Shown one piece after another: positions 15,435-24,805 of a stretch of DNA of 27,534 nt. Source of the DNA: a virus. Its lineage: Duplodnaviria; Caudoviricetes. Below the pieces are notes generated by a model, which made no database searches, was not told where the DNA came from, and saw nothing but the letters and a program-made list of their open reading frames with translations. The stretch spans positions 1-27,534 of the IMG/VR virus record IMGVR_UViG_3300042213_000019; one strand, written 5' to 3'. The number at the start of each line of letters is the position of its first letter. Position 1 is the first letter of the stretch. Made by a program: the position numbers and the translations under genes.

Positions 15435-16915
15435 CGATCCCTACCGGACTTCTTGGACCTGCTCGCCTCGTCACTCCCGAGGGCTTGGCCCCTGGGCAGA
15501 CCAGTGGCCTCCTGCAGGCGTTCCTGCAGGACCCTACTACGCCTATCAACCGCTTCGCTCAGAACTTGAACGCGGCCGGCCAGGCGTCTCAGGGTCCTCC
15601 GGGAGGCGCGCGTCCGGGGCTCCCCCCGTCGCCGGGACTCCCGGCTATCCCGGGGCAGCAGACCTTCCGGGGTTCCCGGGGGGTCCCGGGCGACGTCGGT
15701 GGCCCTCCGGGTGGCGGGGACCCCGTTCTGGATGGCGGCTTCTCCCCCGCCAACCTTGGGGCGCTCGCTGGCGGCGTGGCCGCGGTCCGCGCTGCGGGTC
15801 CGGGTGGCACGTTGGCTCAGGCGCTCGCCGAGGGCGTGGCCTCCGGTGCGTCGACGTTCATCGCGGCCCGGAATCGGCAGGAGGACGTCAAGGCGGCCCG
15901 GGAGCGGCAGGCCGAGTTCGCCCGGCGCGTGCAGTCCCTTGGGCTCAACCCCGAGGCCGAGGCGGGCCTGCTCAGTATGCCCGCGGACGAGGGCGCCAAG
16001 CTGCTTGCCAACCTGGGGATAGACATCGCCAAGGAAGACGCGAAGCCGTTCACGCTGTCCGAAGACCAGGCCAGATTCTCCGGGCGGGGCCAGGTGATCG
16101 CGGCGATCCCGAAGCCGGAGGAAGAGTTCGACACCACGTCTCTCCCGTCAGATGTGCGGGAGGCGTTCGCTGTCGCTCTGCGACGGGATCCGAGGGACCC
16201 GGATAGCTTTGGCGCTCCGCTGTCGCCCGAGGACGCTCAGCGGGCAAAGGATTACATCCAGGCCAAGGCCAATTCCGGACGCACGTCGGTCAGCGTCACC
16301 ACCGGTGCGGGAGAAGGTGCGGCGCAGAAACAACTGTGGGATACTTCGGTTTCGCAGCTTACCGCCGAGCACGACCGCGTGCGGACCATCCCCCGCCGGA
16401 TGGCGCTATACAAGGAGATCCTGGCGAGCACCGAGAAGCCGTACTTCAGTGGGTCCGCGGCGGACCTGCGGACCAAGGCGGCGGCGTTCGGGGCGATGCT
16501 GGGGCTCCCTGTCGACACCGGCAAGATCGCGGACACGCAGACGCTGGTCAGCGCCCTGCGGGAAGCGGCGATCTCGCGAATCAAGGAACTCGACGGCCGC
16601 CCGACAGACAAGGACATGGAGATCCTCCTGCAGGCGATGGGGACCGAGAATCTCCAGCCCGAGGCGCTGCAGAATATCATCCAGCGGGCGATGCGTATCG
16701 CAGATGAAGAGCTGACGCTGTACGAGGAGGGCATCCAAGCGTTCGAGCGCGACTTCGAGGGGACCCCTTTCAAGGTCCCCAGCTATCTCAAGCGGAACCT
16801 CCGCCGGGATGCCGTGAACGCCGGCCGCCCCTCGTTTTCCAGCGGCAGTCGCGTGGACGACAAAGACCGGGTATCTTCCCGGTTCGGTGCGGGCATACCG
16901 GGATGGGAGCCGTAA
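15431..16915 (+). CDS. Ejection (internal virion) protein 2
   Basis: 494 aa with a P/G-rich N-terminus and a helical C-terminus containing the PTDKDMEIL motif. ATGA-coupled. Confidence 0.68.
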   Translation: MTIPTGLLGPARLVTPEGLAPGQTSGLLQAFLQDPTTPINRFAQNLNAAGQASQGPPGGARPGLPPSPGLPAIPGQQTFRGSRGVPGDVGGPPGGGDPVLDGGFSPANLGALAGGVAAVRAAGPGGTLAQALAEGVASGASTFIAARNRQEDVKAARERQAEFARRVQSLGLNPEAEAGLLSMPADEGAKLLANLGIDIAKEDAKPFTLSEDQARFSGRGQVIAAIPKPEEEFDTTSLPSDVREAFAVALRRDPRDPDSFGAPLSPEDAQRAKDYIQAKANSGRTSVSVTTGAGEGAAQKQLWDTSVSQLTAEHDRVRTIPRRMALYKEILASTEKPYFSGSAADLRTKAAAFGAMLGLPVDTGKIADTQTLVSALREAAISRIKELDGRPTDKDMEILLQAMGTENLQPEALQNIIQRAMRIADEELTLYEEGIQAFERDFEGTPFKVPSYLKRNLRRDAVNAGRPSFSSGSRVDDKDRVSSRFGAGIPGWEP

Positions 16916-19117
16916 ATGCAGGATCCGGATTTCGGAAAGATCCAGCGGAACCTCCGCCGGATGGTTCAGCAGAACGCCCCCGAGTCGCTCATGGAGCAGT
17001 ACGTCCGGAGCCAGGGGTTTGTCAACGCCAACCACTTCCGCGCGTCGCTGCAGGCGAAGCGCGTCCTTCCCGCCCAGCAGTTCGGGGAGGTACAGGGCTC
17101 TGCGGAAGATCGGGCGCGGCGGGCGCTGAACGAGCCGATCCCCGAAGCGAGGTTCACCCCCGCGGATGCCCTCCGGGTAGCCGGCGCGGGTGTCGTGCCC
17201 GGGTTCTCCGATGAACTCGCTGGCACCGTCAGGGGGTTGGTTCGCCCGGGCGAGACGGTAGAACAGGGGATCGCCGCCGAGCGCGAAGCCCTGCAGGGCG
17301 CCCGTGAACGGGGCGGGGCGGCGGCTACCGCGCTGGAAATCGGGGCGGGTACCGCGGCGAGTATCGCTGGGGGAGCGGGCCTTCGGGCTCTCGGGGCGCT
17401 GCCCTCCATGCGTGCCGCAACTATCGGGCAGGCGGCCCGCACCGGTGCGGCTGTCGGCGCAGGTCAGGGGTTCCTCGCGGGGGCAGGTAACGCCGACGGG
17501 GAGAGCCCCCTGGGGCGCATCATCGCCGGAACCCAGGGTGCCGCCGTCGGCGGCGCCCTCGGCGGCGTCTTGTCTGGGGCCGGACAGGGAATCGCGAACC
17601 GCGCCGCCCCGATCCGCCCAGACGCAAAAATCGCCTCCCGAGTATTCGACCCCAGCGTCACGCCGCGCAACCAGCAGCGTGCGGTATCGCGAGCGTCCGC
17701 CCTGCTGGAAGAAGGTGGGGTAGACCCGAATGACATCCGGCGCACCGTGCTTGGCGGAGACATTGAACCCGAACTGCCGCTGGTGCTGGCGGACACTCCG
17801 GATCTCGTGCGGCCGGGTGGCTCCGCGAGAGCCCGGGGGGTGCTTAGCGAAGCCGAGTCCCAGGGCAGCCGGGCCCCCGGGGAGATTCGGGCGCTCACCC
17901 GCGCCCGCGACGTCGGCCGGGTAGGCCGCCGTGCGGAACAGCTGGAGCGAGCAACCGGGCGCCCCACCGTGGAGTTCCCGGACTTCCTGGACCAGCTTAC
18001 CGCGGAAAAGGTCGCCCGCACTGATGCGGCTTTCGACGCGGCGAGGGAGGCCGCGGGGGACGCCCGGGTCGACGTGCGCGAGATCAAGGGAATACTCAAT
18101 ACCGAGACGGTACGAAACGCCTACGCCGAAGTGCTGGCGGACAGTCCGGATGCGGTGGCTACTAGAGTATTCTCTTCGAAGGCGCGCCCGCTGTTCAACG
18201 TGAACGGTAAGCCACTGGACTTCGTGGATGCCGAGACACTCTCCCGAGTTGCCCAACGACTCAAGGAGAAAATCGAGTTCGCGGCCAACCCGCTGAACCG
18301 CGCGGCGTCGACCAACACGTCGGAGGCGGTGCTGAAGTCGGCGAGTACCGACATAACCAAAGCACTCGAAACCGCGCACCCGGCTTTCCGGGATGCCCGG
18401 GAGACGGCGGCGTTCTTTAGCGCGCGCCTCCGGGCCGCGGAAGAGGGCTTCAAAGTGGTTCCTGCGGGTAAGACCAGCCCGACCGTGGTGCGCCGTGCGG
18501 TGAAGCCATTCGACAAGGAGTTCCGTCTGTCCGACGGAACCGTTCTCGGGAATCCGATGGATGACTTCCGCGCGGGCTTCCAGGCGAGGGAAGCGGAGAT
18601 CCTCACCGGCCGCACTCCCCCGATCGGCGGCGCCGCAAGCAACCCCGCCCCGGTGTCCAAGGAAGTGCGTAAGCTGGTCTTCGGGCCGGAGGCCGCCGAG
18701 TTCCTGGAGAAGGCGGACATCACGGAAGAGTCGATGGCGTTCACCGAGCGAGCGACCCGAGGACTCCGCAGTGCGTTCCAGAGCACCCCTCGCGACGCGA
18801 TCGCTGAGGGGCTGGCGACCGGGGCACAGGGCGCGTCGCGTGACATCGCCATCATGGGGGCGCGGGATCCGGGCCTGCTCGCCGCGGCGGCCACTCGTCT
18901 CGGGGCCCCGATTATCCGGGCGATCCGGGGGAGAGGCGCGCCCGCCCGTGCGGATGCCATCAGTGACGTGCTGCTGGCTGGCCGTCAGGGTCCCTTCCAG
19001 CTGGAAGACGCCCTCCGGCTGATAACCAACGAGCGGAATAACCCGAGAATCAGGACAGCCCAGACGGCGGCGGCCGTGTTCGGGGGGCTGGGTGGGGGCC
19101 TCCTTGGCGACCGCTAA
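16916..19117 (+). CDS. Ejection (internal virion) protein 3
   Basis: 733 aa with PGFSDEL motif and Gly/Ala-rich membrane-like segments. Starts immediately after the previous stop. Confidence 0.72.
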   Translation: MQDPDFGKIQRNLRRMVQQNAPESLMEQYVRSQGFVNANHFRASLQAKRVLPAQQFGEVQGSAEDRARRALNEPIPEARFTPADALRVAGAGVVPGFSDELAGTVRGLVRPGETVEQGIAAEREALQGARERGGAAATALEIGAGTAASIAGGAGLRALGALPSMRAATIGQAARTGAAVGAGQGFLAGAGNADGESPLGRIIAGTQGAAVGGALGGVLSGAGQGIANRAAPIRPDAKIASRVFDPSVTPRNQQRAVSRASALLEEGGVDPNDIRRTVLGGDIEPELPLVLADTPDLVRPGGSARARGVLSEAESQGSRAPGEIRALTRARDVGRVGRRAEQLERATGRPTVEFPDFLDQLTAEKVARTDAAFDAAREAAGDARVDVREIKGILNTETVRNAYAEVLADSPDAVATRVFSSKARPLFNVNGKPLDFVDAETLSRVAQRLKEKIEFAANPLNRAASTNTSEAVLKSASTDITKALETAHPAFRDARETAAFFSARLRAAEEGFKVVPAGKTSPTVVRRAVKPFDKEFRLSDGTVLGNPMDDFRAGFQAREAEILTGRTPPIGGAASNPAPVSKEVRKLVFGPEAAEFLEKADITEESMAFTERATRGLRSAFQSTPRDAIAEGLATGAQGASRDIAIMGARDPGLLAAAATRLGAPIIRAIRGRGAPARADAISDVLLAGRQGPFQLEDALRLITNERNNPRIRTAQTAAAVFGGLGGGLLGDR

Positions 19118-19511
19118 CCCCCCGATCCGGGTGCAGGAAGTGGCCCGGGGGATGGTGGAAGAGGGGGTGCCTGTCACCGCCATCTGCGAGTCTCTCGGGA
19201 TCTCGCGTCGGCGGTACTACGCATGGCGCGCAGCAGGCAAGTGGCCTTCCCGGGAACTCAAGACCCTCGATGACAGCGTGCGGCGCGAAGCGTTTAGCCT
19301 GCTCGACACGGGGCTGTCTATGGGAGCGGTCTCCCGTAAGTTGGGGGTCCACCGGAAGACAATCTCGCGGTGGCGGCGGTCGCGGCCGGTGGCGCATTGG
19401 CGCTGCTATTGCACTCCCTTCGGGATCCTGGTCGAAGGACTTCGCTGTCCCAAGTGCAGCACTCCCGCCCCTTGGGTGGCTAACAAAGAGAAAGGGAGTA
19501 ACCCGACGTGA
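19104..19511 (+). CDS. Double HTH protein with C-terminal Cys4 zinc ribbon (start uncertain: 19092/19104/19152)
   Basis: VTAICESLGISRRRYYAW and MGAVSRKLGVHRKTISRW HTHs, then CYC..CPKC. GTGA overlap with the next gene. Confidence 0.7.
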   Translation: MATANPPIRVQEVARGMVEEGVPVTAICESLGISRRRYYAWRAAGKWPSRELKTLDDSVRREAFSLLDTGLSMGAVSRKLGVHRKTISRWRRSRPVAHWRCYCTPFGILVEGLRCPKCSTPAPWVANKEKGSNPT

Positions 19512-20521
19512 CTATCCCCGGCGGACTTCTTGTCCCATCCTCGCGGAGAGGGGCTCCTGCGCTCAGTCTGGAGGAAACCCTCCGGCAGCGCCAGCAAGCG
19601 GCGGCGGGAGGGCTGCTCGACTCCCCCGCGCCCTCCCCGCGGGCGTTCACCGCACGGCCTGACGTGACCGCTGTGGGCCCCGAAGGCGCCACGGGGGACA
19701 GAGGGCCCCTCGGACTCCTCGGAGGCGCCGTAGGGGCTGTGGGGCGCGCAGGGTCTCAGGTAGGACGCATTGGAGCCGATCTCGCCGGGAGGGCTGGTCA
19801 GGCGTTCCGGGAAGACCCGCTCGGCGCCACCGCCAACGCTGGGCGGTTCTTGGCGGAGGAATTCGCGGGGCCGATCTCCGTGGGGGACATCCGGGCGATC
19901 AAGGAACAGGCAGACAAGGGCAACTTCGGCGGGGCCGCGGGTCTCACCGCACTCTCCGCGCTCCCCCTTATCCGCCCCGTAGGGAAAGCCGCCATCGACG
20001 CGGCCGAAGCAGTACGGAAAAAGATACCCGATACGCAGGTGAACGAACTTGTCGGTCTGGCGAGAGACGGGGGATTCACCTTCGACCCGCGGAACAAGAG
20101 ACTGGTAAACGAGGGTGTCGTCGTCGGGGTGTTCCCGAACCGGACCCGCAGCGTCCCGCTGTCGGAGTTCAAGCCCAAGGACTTGAACGATTTCGTGCAG
20201 GACAACCGAGACGCCCTGCAGGCCGGAGAGAATATCCACTTGGGGGCGTGGGTCGACGAGAATACCAATAGTCTGGTTCTGGACCTATCCCTGCAGCTTC
20301 CGGAATCCCAGGTGGACGAAGCAGCCCGGCTAGGACGTTTGGCGAACCAGGAAGGGATCTTCAACATCAGTGCTTTCCGGCGCGGAGAAAACGGATTCAT
20401 CCCCACCGGGGGGACCGGAAAACCTCTGACCGGCACTCTGATTCCCGAGGATCTCAACCTGGATACGCCCCTCACCCACCCCGCCCCGGTCCAAGGGCTC
20501 CTCCGGGCCAACGAGCCCTAG
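19508..20521 (+). CDS. Ejection-like protein with a C-terminal globular cargo domain
   Basis: 337 aa, GGGAG RBS. Gly/Ala-rich N-half, then GGFT..LGAWVD..LDLS..A..LG...QEGIF..IPTGGTG. Confidence 0.65.
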   Translation: MTIPGGLLVPSSRRGAPALSLEETLRQRQQAAAGGLLDSPAPSPRAFTARPDVTAVGPEGATGDRGPLGLLGGAVGAVGRAGSQVGRIGADLAGRAGQAFREDPLGATANAGRFLAEEFAGPISVGDIRAIKEQADKGNFGGAAGLTALSALPLIRPVGKAAIDAAEAVRKKIPDTQVNELVGLARDGGFTFDPRNKRLVNEGVVVGVFPNRTRSVPLSEFKPKDLNDFVQDNRDALQAGENIHLGAWVDENTNSLVLDLSLQLPESQVDEAARLGRLANQEGIFNISAFRRGENGFIPTGGTGKPLTGTLIPEDLNLDTPLTHPAPVQGLLRANEP

Positions 20522-20524
20522 CGA

Positions 20525-22819
20525 TCAGTGAAGCGGGGCGAGGTCGTCCCGTAGGAGGTCATCCAGCGTCAGAGGCCCTCCGAGCGACGTGCTCGGGGGG
20601 CTTTTCGTGGCGCTGGACAACGTGACCCGGAAGCCCCGGGCCGCGCGAGAACGCACCTGCTCAAGCCCGTGGTTCCGCATCGCTGACGAGAAGGACTTCA
20701 TCGAACCGTACTGCTCCCCTACCGCTCCGCACCAGCGGCACCAGTCGCTATACAAGTCCGTGGTCGAGGTCAGGTCTTTGCCCGGCACGGTGCGCTCTTC
20801 CAGCCAGCGACCCAGCAGGTCCTCGTCGTGGAAGTAGCTCTGCGTCTCTTCGATAACCGAAGTCGGCGGGTTGAGCCCCTGCTGTTGCCACGCCAGACAC
20901 CCCTCGATTGCCCACCAGAGGATTCCTGGAAGCTCCGCCAGCAACTCTTCCTGCAGATGCGGGTTCACCTTCGGGGGCTGAAGGGTGAACGGTACGAGGT
21001 GCAGGCGGCGGCGCATGGCCGGGTCGAGATTCTTCGTGTGCGGCCGGTGGTTGCCGGCGAATATCAGCTTGAAAGTCGGCTGGAAGACAAAGAAGTCCCC
21101 CCGCATGAAGCGGGCGGAAATGGGGTCGCCCCCGGTGATCGACTTGACTTTGGCCTCGTCCCAGCTACGGCCCTCTTCGGTCTCCTGGGCGGTCACCATC
21201 CGGGCGCCAGCCAACCCTGCGATCTCCGTCGGGTGCCGGTCGCCGTAGGAGGACACGAAGGTCCCCATCGGGGCGACCGCGGCGTACTCCCCGTAGAGCC
21301 GGACCAGAGTGTTCAGGAAGACCCCCTTCCCGTTGCCCCCCGGACCCCAGATGAAGACAAACGACTGCTCCGTCGTCAGACCGGTGAGCGCGTACCCAGC
21401 CAGCCGCTGCAGGTACGCTACCAGATCATCGTCACCGCCCGTGGCGTCCCGCAGGAACGCTTTCCACTTCGGCGGCGGGCCGTTCGGGTAGCGGACCGGG
21501 GCGACCGCGGTAGACCGGGTGCAGAGCAGTGTCGGATCCGAGGGCAGGATGTTCCCCGTCCGAAGGTCGACCATGCCGCCAGGGGTATTCAGGATCCACG
21601 GGTTCGCGTCCAGCTCGGCCAGCTTGACTTGCAGGTCCGGAGAGAAGGCCGCGTAGGAGGTCCCGTTCTGCACCGCTCTCAGAGACAGGGCCCACTTCCG
21701 GTGCTCGGATTTGGCGGCCCGGTGGGACGCCTCGCGGGCCAATACAGCCATCGCGTTCTGCGCCTCCTGCAGTGACCCCGGGACCCACCGTACCCCGTCC
21801 CAGCGAAGCCACTTGCGGGTCTCGTCGCAGTACCGGAATTCGTTCTTGTGCCGGGCCACGAAATCGCCGGCCAGCCAAGCGTCCGTATAAGGGGACAGCT
21901 GTTCCGCTGGCGCGCCTTCCGGAAGGTCTTCCAGTGGCTCGAATATGTCCTGGGCCGCGACGTACCCCGACTGCTGGGCCAGGTGGCGCAGGAAGTCGAT
22001 TCCCACCCGGTAAGGACCCTTCAGTCCCTCCCAGTCCCGGAGGATCGTCTCTTCGTCGTTGTGCCCTAGCGTCCACCGGAGGCACCACTCGTGCCACAAC
22101 CGGAACGCCTCCTCCGGGTAGCGGGGGAGAGCGGCCTTGATAGCGAAGCCGACCCGCAGGTACTCGTCTCGATCGGACAGATCGTTGGGAATGATCGAAA
22201 GGAACTTGGATACGTCCGCGACGGAACCTTCCAGAGATTCCTGCGGCGGCGCGTCGCTAGCCGAGGCAAGGGCGCGCCGTCCGACAATCTCGTAGCCATG
22301 CTTGACGGCAGCGTCTGCGGCCAAGTCCAGCAGTTCGTCGGCCTCCGCCTCCCCTACTTCGGGTAGCTCCCCAGCCACGGGGGCGCTGTCCCACAGGTAG
22401 GGGGTCCCCGAGGGGTGCATACCCGCGATGACGACGTACTGTCCCCCGGCGAGAAACTCGATCCGGTAGCGCTCTTCCCCGCGCACGATCTGGATGTAGC
22501 GCTTGGGGAAGTTGCCGCCCTTCAGCCGGAACACGTAAGCGCACTTCGGGGCTTGCCCTACCCGGCAGGGTACGGCTTTACCAAAGTACCCGTAAACCAT
22601 CTCCCGGATTGTGCGGGCCAGTTCGTTGTCAAGTACGTCCACGTCGAGGGTAGGAAAGCGCGCGGTCTTGAGACCGATGTTGCGCCCGTTTTCCACCCAC
22701 CGAGAGACCATCTCTTTGTCTGCTTCCACTTCCGCCCACCGACCGGTGGGACGCTTGTCTCCCGCACGGATGGGGATCAGGTCAGTGAAGCCCTTGTTGA
22801 AAAAGTCGAGACCGGTCAC
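20525..22819 (-). CDS. Primase-helicase (PrimPol + PriCT-2 + D5/P4-type SF3 helicase)
   Basis: NIGL..LDVD and GMHPSG..Y.W in the N-terminus, EYLRVGFAIK..W..W, LNTPGGMVDLRTG, Walker A GPGGNGKG, KSITGGD.I.AR and NHRP. Confidence 0.93.
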   Translation of the reverse strand: MTGLDFFNKGFTDLIPIRAGDKRPTGRWAEVEADKEMVSRWVENGRNIGLKTARFPTLDVDVLDNELARTIREMVYGYFGKAVPCRVGQAPKCAYVFRLKGGNFPKRYIQIVRGEERYRIEFLAGGQYVVIAGMHPSGTPYLWDSAPVAGELPEVGEAEADELLDLAADAAVKHGYEIVGRRALASASDAPPQESLEGSVADVSKFLSIIPNDLSDRDEYLRVGFAIKAALPRYPEEAFRLWHEWCLRWTLGHNDEETILRDWEGLKGPYRVGIDFLRHLAQQSGYVAAQDIFEPLEDLPEGAPAEQLSPYTDAWLAGDFVARHKNEFRYCDETRKWLRWDGVRWVPGSLQEAQNAMAVLAREASHRAAKSEHRKWALSLRAVQNGTSYAAFSPDLQVKLAELDANPWILNTPGGMVDLRTGNILPSDPTLLCTRSTAVAPVRYPNGPPPKWKAFLRDATGGDDDLVAYLQRLAGYALTGLTTEQSFVFIWGPGGNGKGVFLNTLVRLYGEYAAVAPMGTFVSSYGDRHPTEIAGLAGARMVTAQETEEGRSWDEAKVKSITGGDPISARFMRGDFFVFQPTFKLIFAGNHRPHTKNLDPAMRRRLHLVPFTLQPPKVNPHLQEELLAELPGILWWAIEGCLAWQQQGLNPPTSVIEETQSYFHDEDLLGRWLEERTVPGKDLTSTTDLYSDWCRWCGAVGEQYGSMKSFSSAMRNHGLEQVRSRAARGFRVTLSSATKSPPSTSLGGPLTLDDLLRDDLAPLH

Positions 22820-22828
22820 CGGCTGTAC

Positions 22829-24805
22829 CTACTTGCGATAGTGCGTTCCATTCCACCCCTCCGCCTTGATTGGACAGCCGGACGCCCACTCGGGGGTGTC
22901 CGACAACAGGGCGACAAAATCCGGGAGCGCGCTTTCGGGCTCTCGGGATTCCGCCAGTATTTCATCGTGAACGGTCAGGATGACGGGGAAGCGGCAGTCC
23001 TCTTCCAGCCGGACGATGGCGTCGGCCATGATGTCCCGCGCCACCGCCTGCGTTGCGTTCTCCACCCACAGCCCACCGTACATACTTGCCGGTTCCCACT
23101 TCCGGGTAACGCTGTTCACCGACATGACCTGGACGGCCGGCCGCGGATCATCGTCCCACGGGACAGGGCGCATGACCACCTGCGGGTCATAATACCACAG
23201 GGAGCGATGACTCGGCAAGGTCATCTTGAGCCAGTTCCCGTGCAGGCCGAAGCAGATCCGACCCCGGGTCCCCGGGACGGGAAGGGGGCCCCGGAGGCCC
23301 TTGGTAACTACCTCCAGGGCGGTGTCCTGCGTGCTCCACCAGAGGGCCCGGATCCGACTGTTACGGTCCCGGTACGCCTGCACGGCGCGGGTGGCGGTCT
23401 CGATGTCCACCCCGGCCTGCCTGGCAAAGGTCTTGGCTCCCATCCCGAACCCACAGGCGAGCACTGCCATCTTGCCCACCTGGCGCTGCTCGGGGGTGAC
23501 CTCTTCGATCCGCACTTCAGAGATCCGGGACGCCATGTCCTCGTAGACTGGCTCGCCGTTCCGGAACATCCGAACCAGATCCTCCTGGCCCGCCAGCCAC
23601 GCCACCACCCGGGCCTCGATCTGCGCGTAGTCCGCCGAGAAAAACTGCTTCCCCGGGGCGCTCACCAGCATGGCCCGAAGGGCTGACGACACCACTTCCA
23701 TCGGCTGCCCGAAGGGCTCGACCAGTTCCGGGCGGCCCGTGTCGATCGCCGAGAGGATCTCCGGGGTCATCTTGACGGCCCCCCGGGGGAAGTTCTGGGG
23801 CTGGACCAGCCGACCCGCCCAGCGCCCCGTGCCGGCCCCGTAGAATTGCAGGAGGCCCCGGACCCGGCCGTCGCTCCCCGCGGCGAGGAGCATGGCGTCC
23901 AGCTTGCTCACCGAGGACTTGCCTGCCTCCTGCCGGATCTCCAGCGCACGGCGGGATGCCTCCCCGAGGGGGGCCCGCGCCAGCAGCAATTCCAGTGTCT
24001 CCTTGTCCAGCGAGGGAACCTCGACACCGGGGGAGTCAGCTTTGACAAAGCGTGTCAGGTCCGTCAGCTTGGTGGCTCCGGCCACCGCGGAGCGCGTAAC
24101 CCGCCGCATCTCGCGGTTGAGCCGGGCGCGCTCCCGATCGGCGATCTCCTGGGCGGCGCGAACGCGCGCCAAGTCAAGCAGCACCCCCCGATCGTTGATA
24201 CGCTGGTCGGCCAGGTACAGCTTCCGCTCTCGTGCGTCCATCGCCGGGGGTAGGCGCAGGAACACCTCGCGCTCCACCTGCACGTCCTGCCTGCAGTATT
24301 GACCGAGCCGAAGTAGCTTCGCTTTGTCTTCGTCCTCCACCCACAGGGGCGTTCCGTCCGCGAGGACCTCCCGGGGCCGTGACATTTGCATCATCAGCCG
24401 ATGCCCGGCCATGTCCTTTTGCTCAGCCAGTCCCAGCGCTATCGCCGCGCCTTCGAGGTTGCCGGGCAGGCCGGCGGCGCGCCCCAGTACCGCGGAACAC
24501 ACAAAGCGCTTCAGAGGAACCAAGGGCCACCGGTGCCGGACGGCCAAGACGTCACGCATCAGGATGCGCTCGAAGTTGGCGTTCCACGCCCGTAGATACA
24601 CGCTGGGGTCCCGGAGAGCGTCCGCCAGGTCACCCGGCAGGGGCTCCCCGGCAAACCAGAGGTCGACTGGACCGTCCCCCCGGGCGTACGCGGCGCACCA
24701 GACGTCGGTCGTCGGGTGCGCCGCATAGGGGTAGACCCCGGTCTTCTTCAGGTCAACTGCGCTACGGGTCTCCAGGTCGATCGAGAGGTAGGTCGGCTTT
24801 GCCAT
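22829..24805 (-). CDS. DNA polymerase family A (SPO2/APSE-like) with 3'-5' exonuclease
   Basis: Exo motifs IDLETRS, AWNANFER and YCRQDV; TGRWAG..QPQN; motif A DYAQIEAR, motif B RQVGKMAVLACGFG, ENATQAVARD and motif C TVHDE. Confidence 0.96.
   Translation of the reverse strand: MAKPTYLSIDLETRSAVDLKKTGVYPYAAHPTTDVWCAAYARGDGPVDLWFAGEPLPGDLADALRDPSVYLRAWNANFERILMRDVLAVRHRWPLVPLKRFVCSAVLGRAAGLPGNLEGAAIALGLAEQKDMAGHRLMMQMSRPREVLADGTPLWVEDEDKAKLLRLGQYCRQDVQVEREVFLRLPPAMDARERKLYLADQRINDRGVLLDLARVRAAQEIADRERARLNREMRRVTRSAVAGATKLTDLTRFVKADSPGVEVPSLDKETLELLLARAPLGEASRRALEIRQEAGKSSVSKLDAMLLAAGSDGRVRGLLQFYGAGTGRWAGRLVQPQNFPRGAVKMTPEILSAIDTGRPELVEPFGQPMEVVSSALRAMLVSAPGKQFFSADYAQIEARVVAWLAGQEDLVRMFRNGEPVYEDMASRISEVRIEEVTPEQRQVGKMAVLACGFGMGAKTFARQAGVDIETATRAVQAYRDRNSRIRALWWSTQDTALEVVTKGLRGPLPVPGTRGRICFGLHGNWLKMTLPSHRSLWYYDPQVVMRPVPWDDDPRPAVQVMSVNSVTRKWEPASMYGGLWVENATQAVARDIMADAIVRLEEDCRFPVILTVHDEILAESREPESALPDFVALLSDTPEWASGCPIKAEGWNGTHYRK

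Noticed and set aside
16406-19183. 925-aa antisense ORF and other long antisense ORFs (756..1907, 13484..14662, 22415..23686)
   Set aside because: No recognisable motifs, Arg/Gly/Pro-rich composition, and they lie opposite well-supported genes. Expected shadows in high-GC DNA.
19092-19511. Insertion sequence
   Set aside because: The HTHs resemble transposase N-termini, but no DDE domain, terminal inverted repeats or target duplication are visible.
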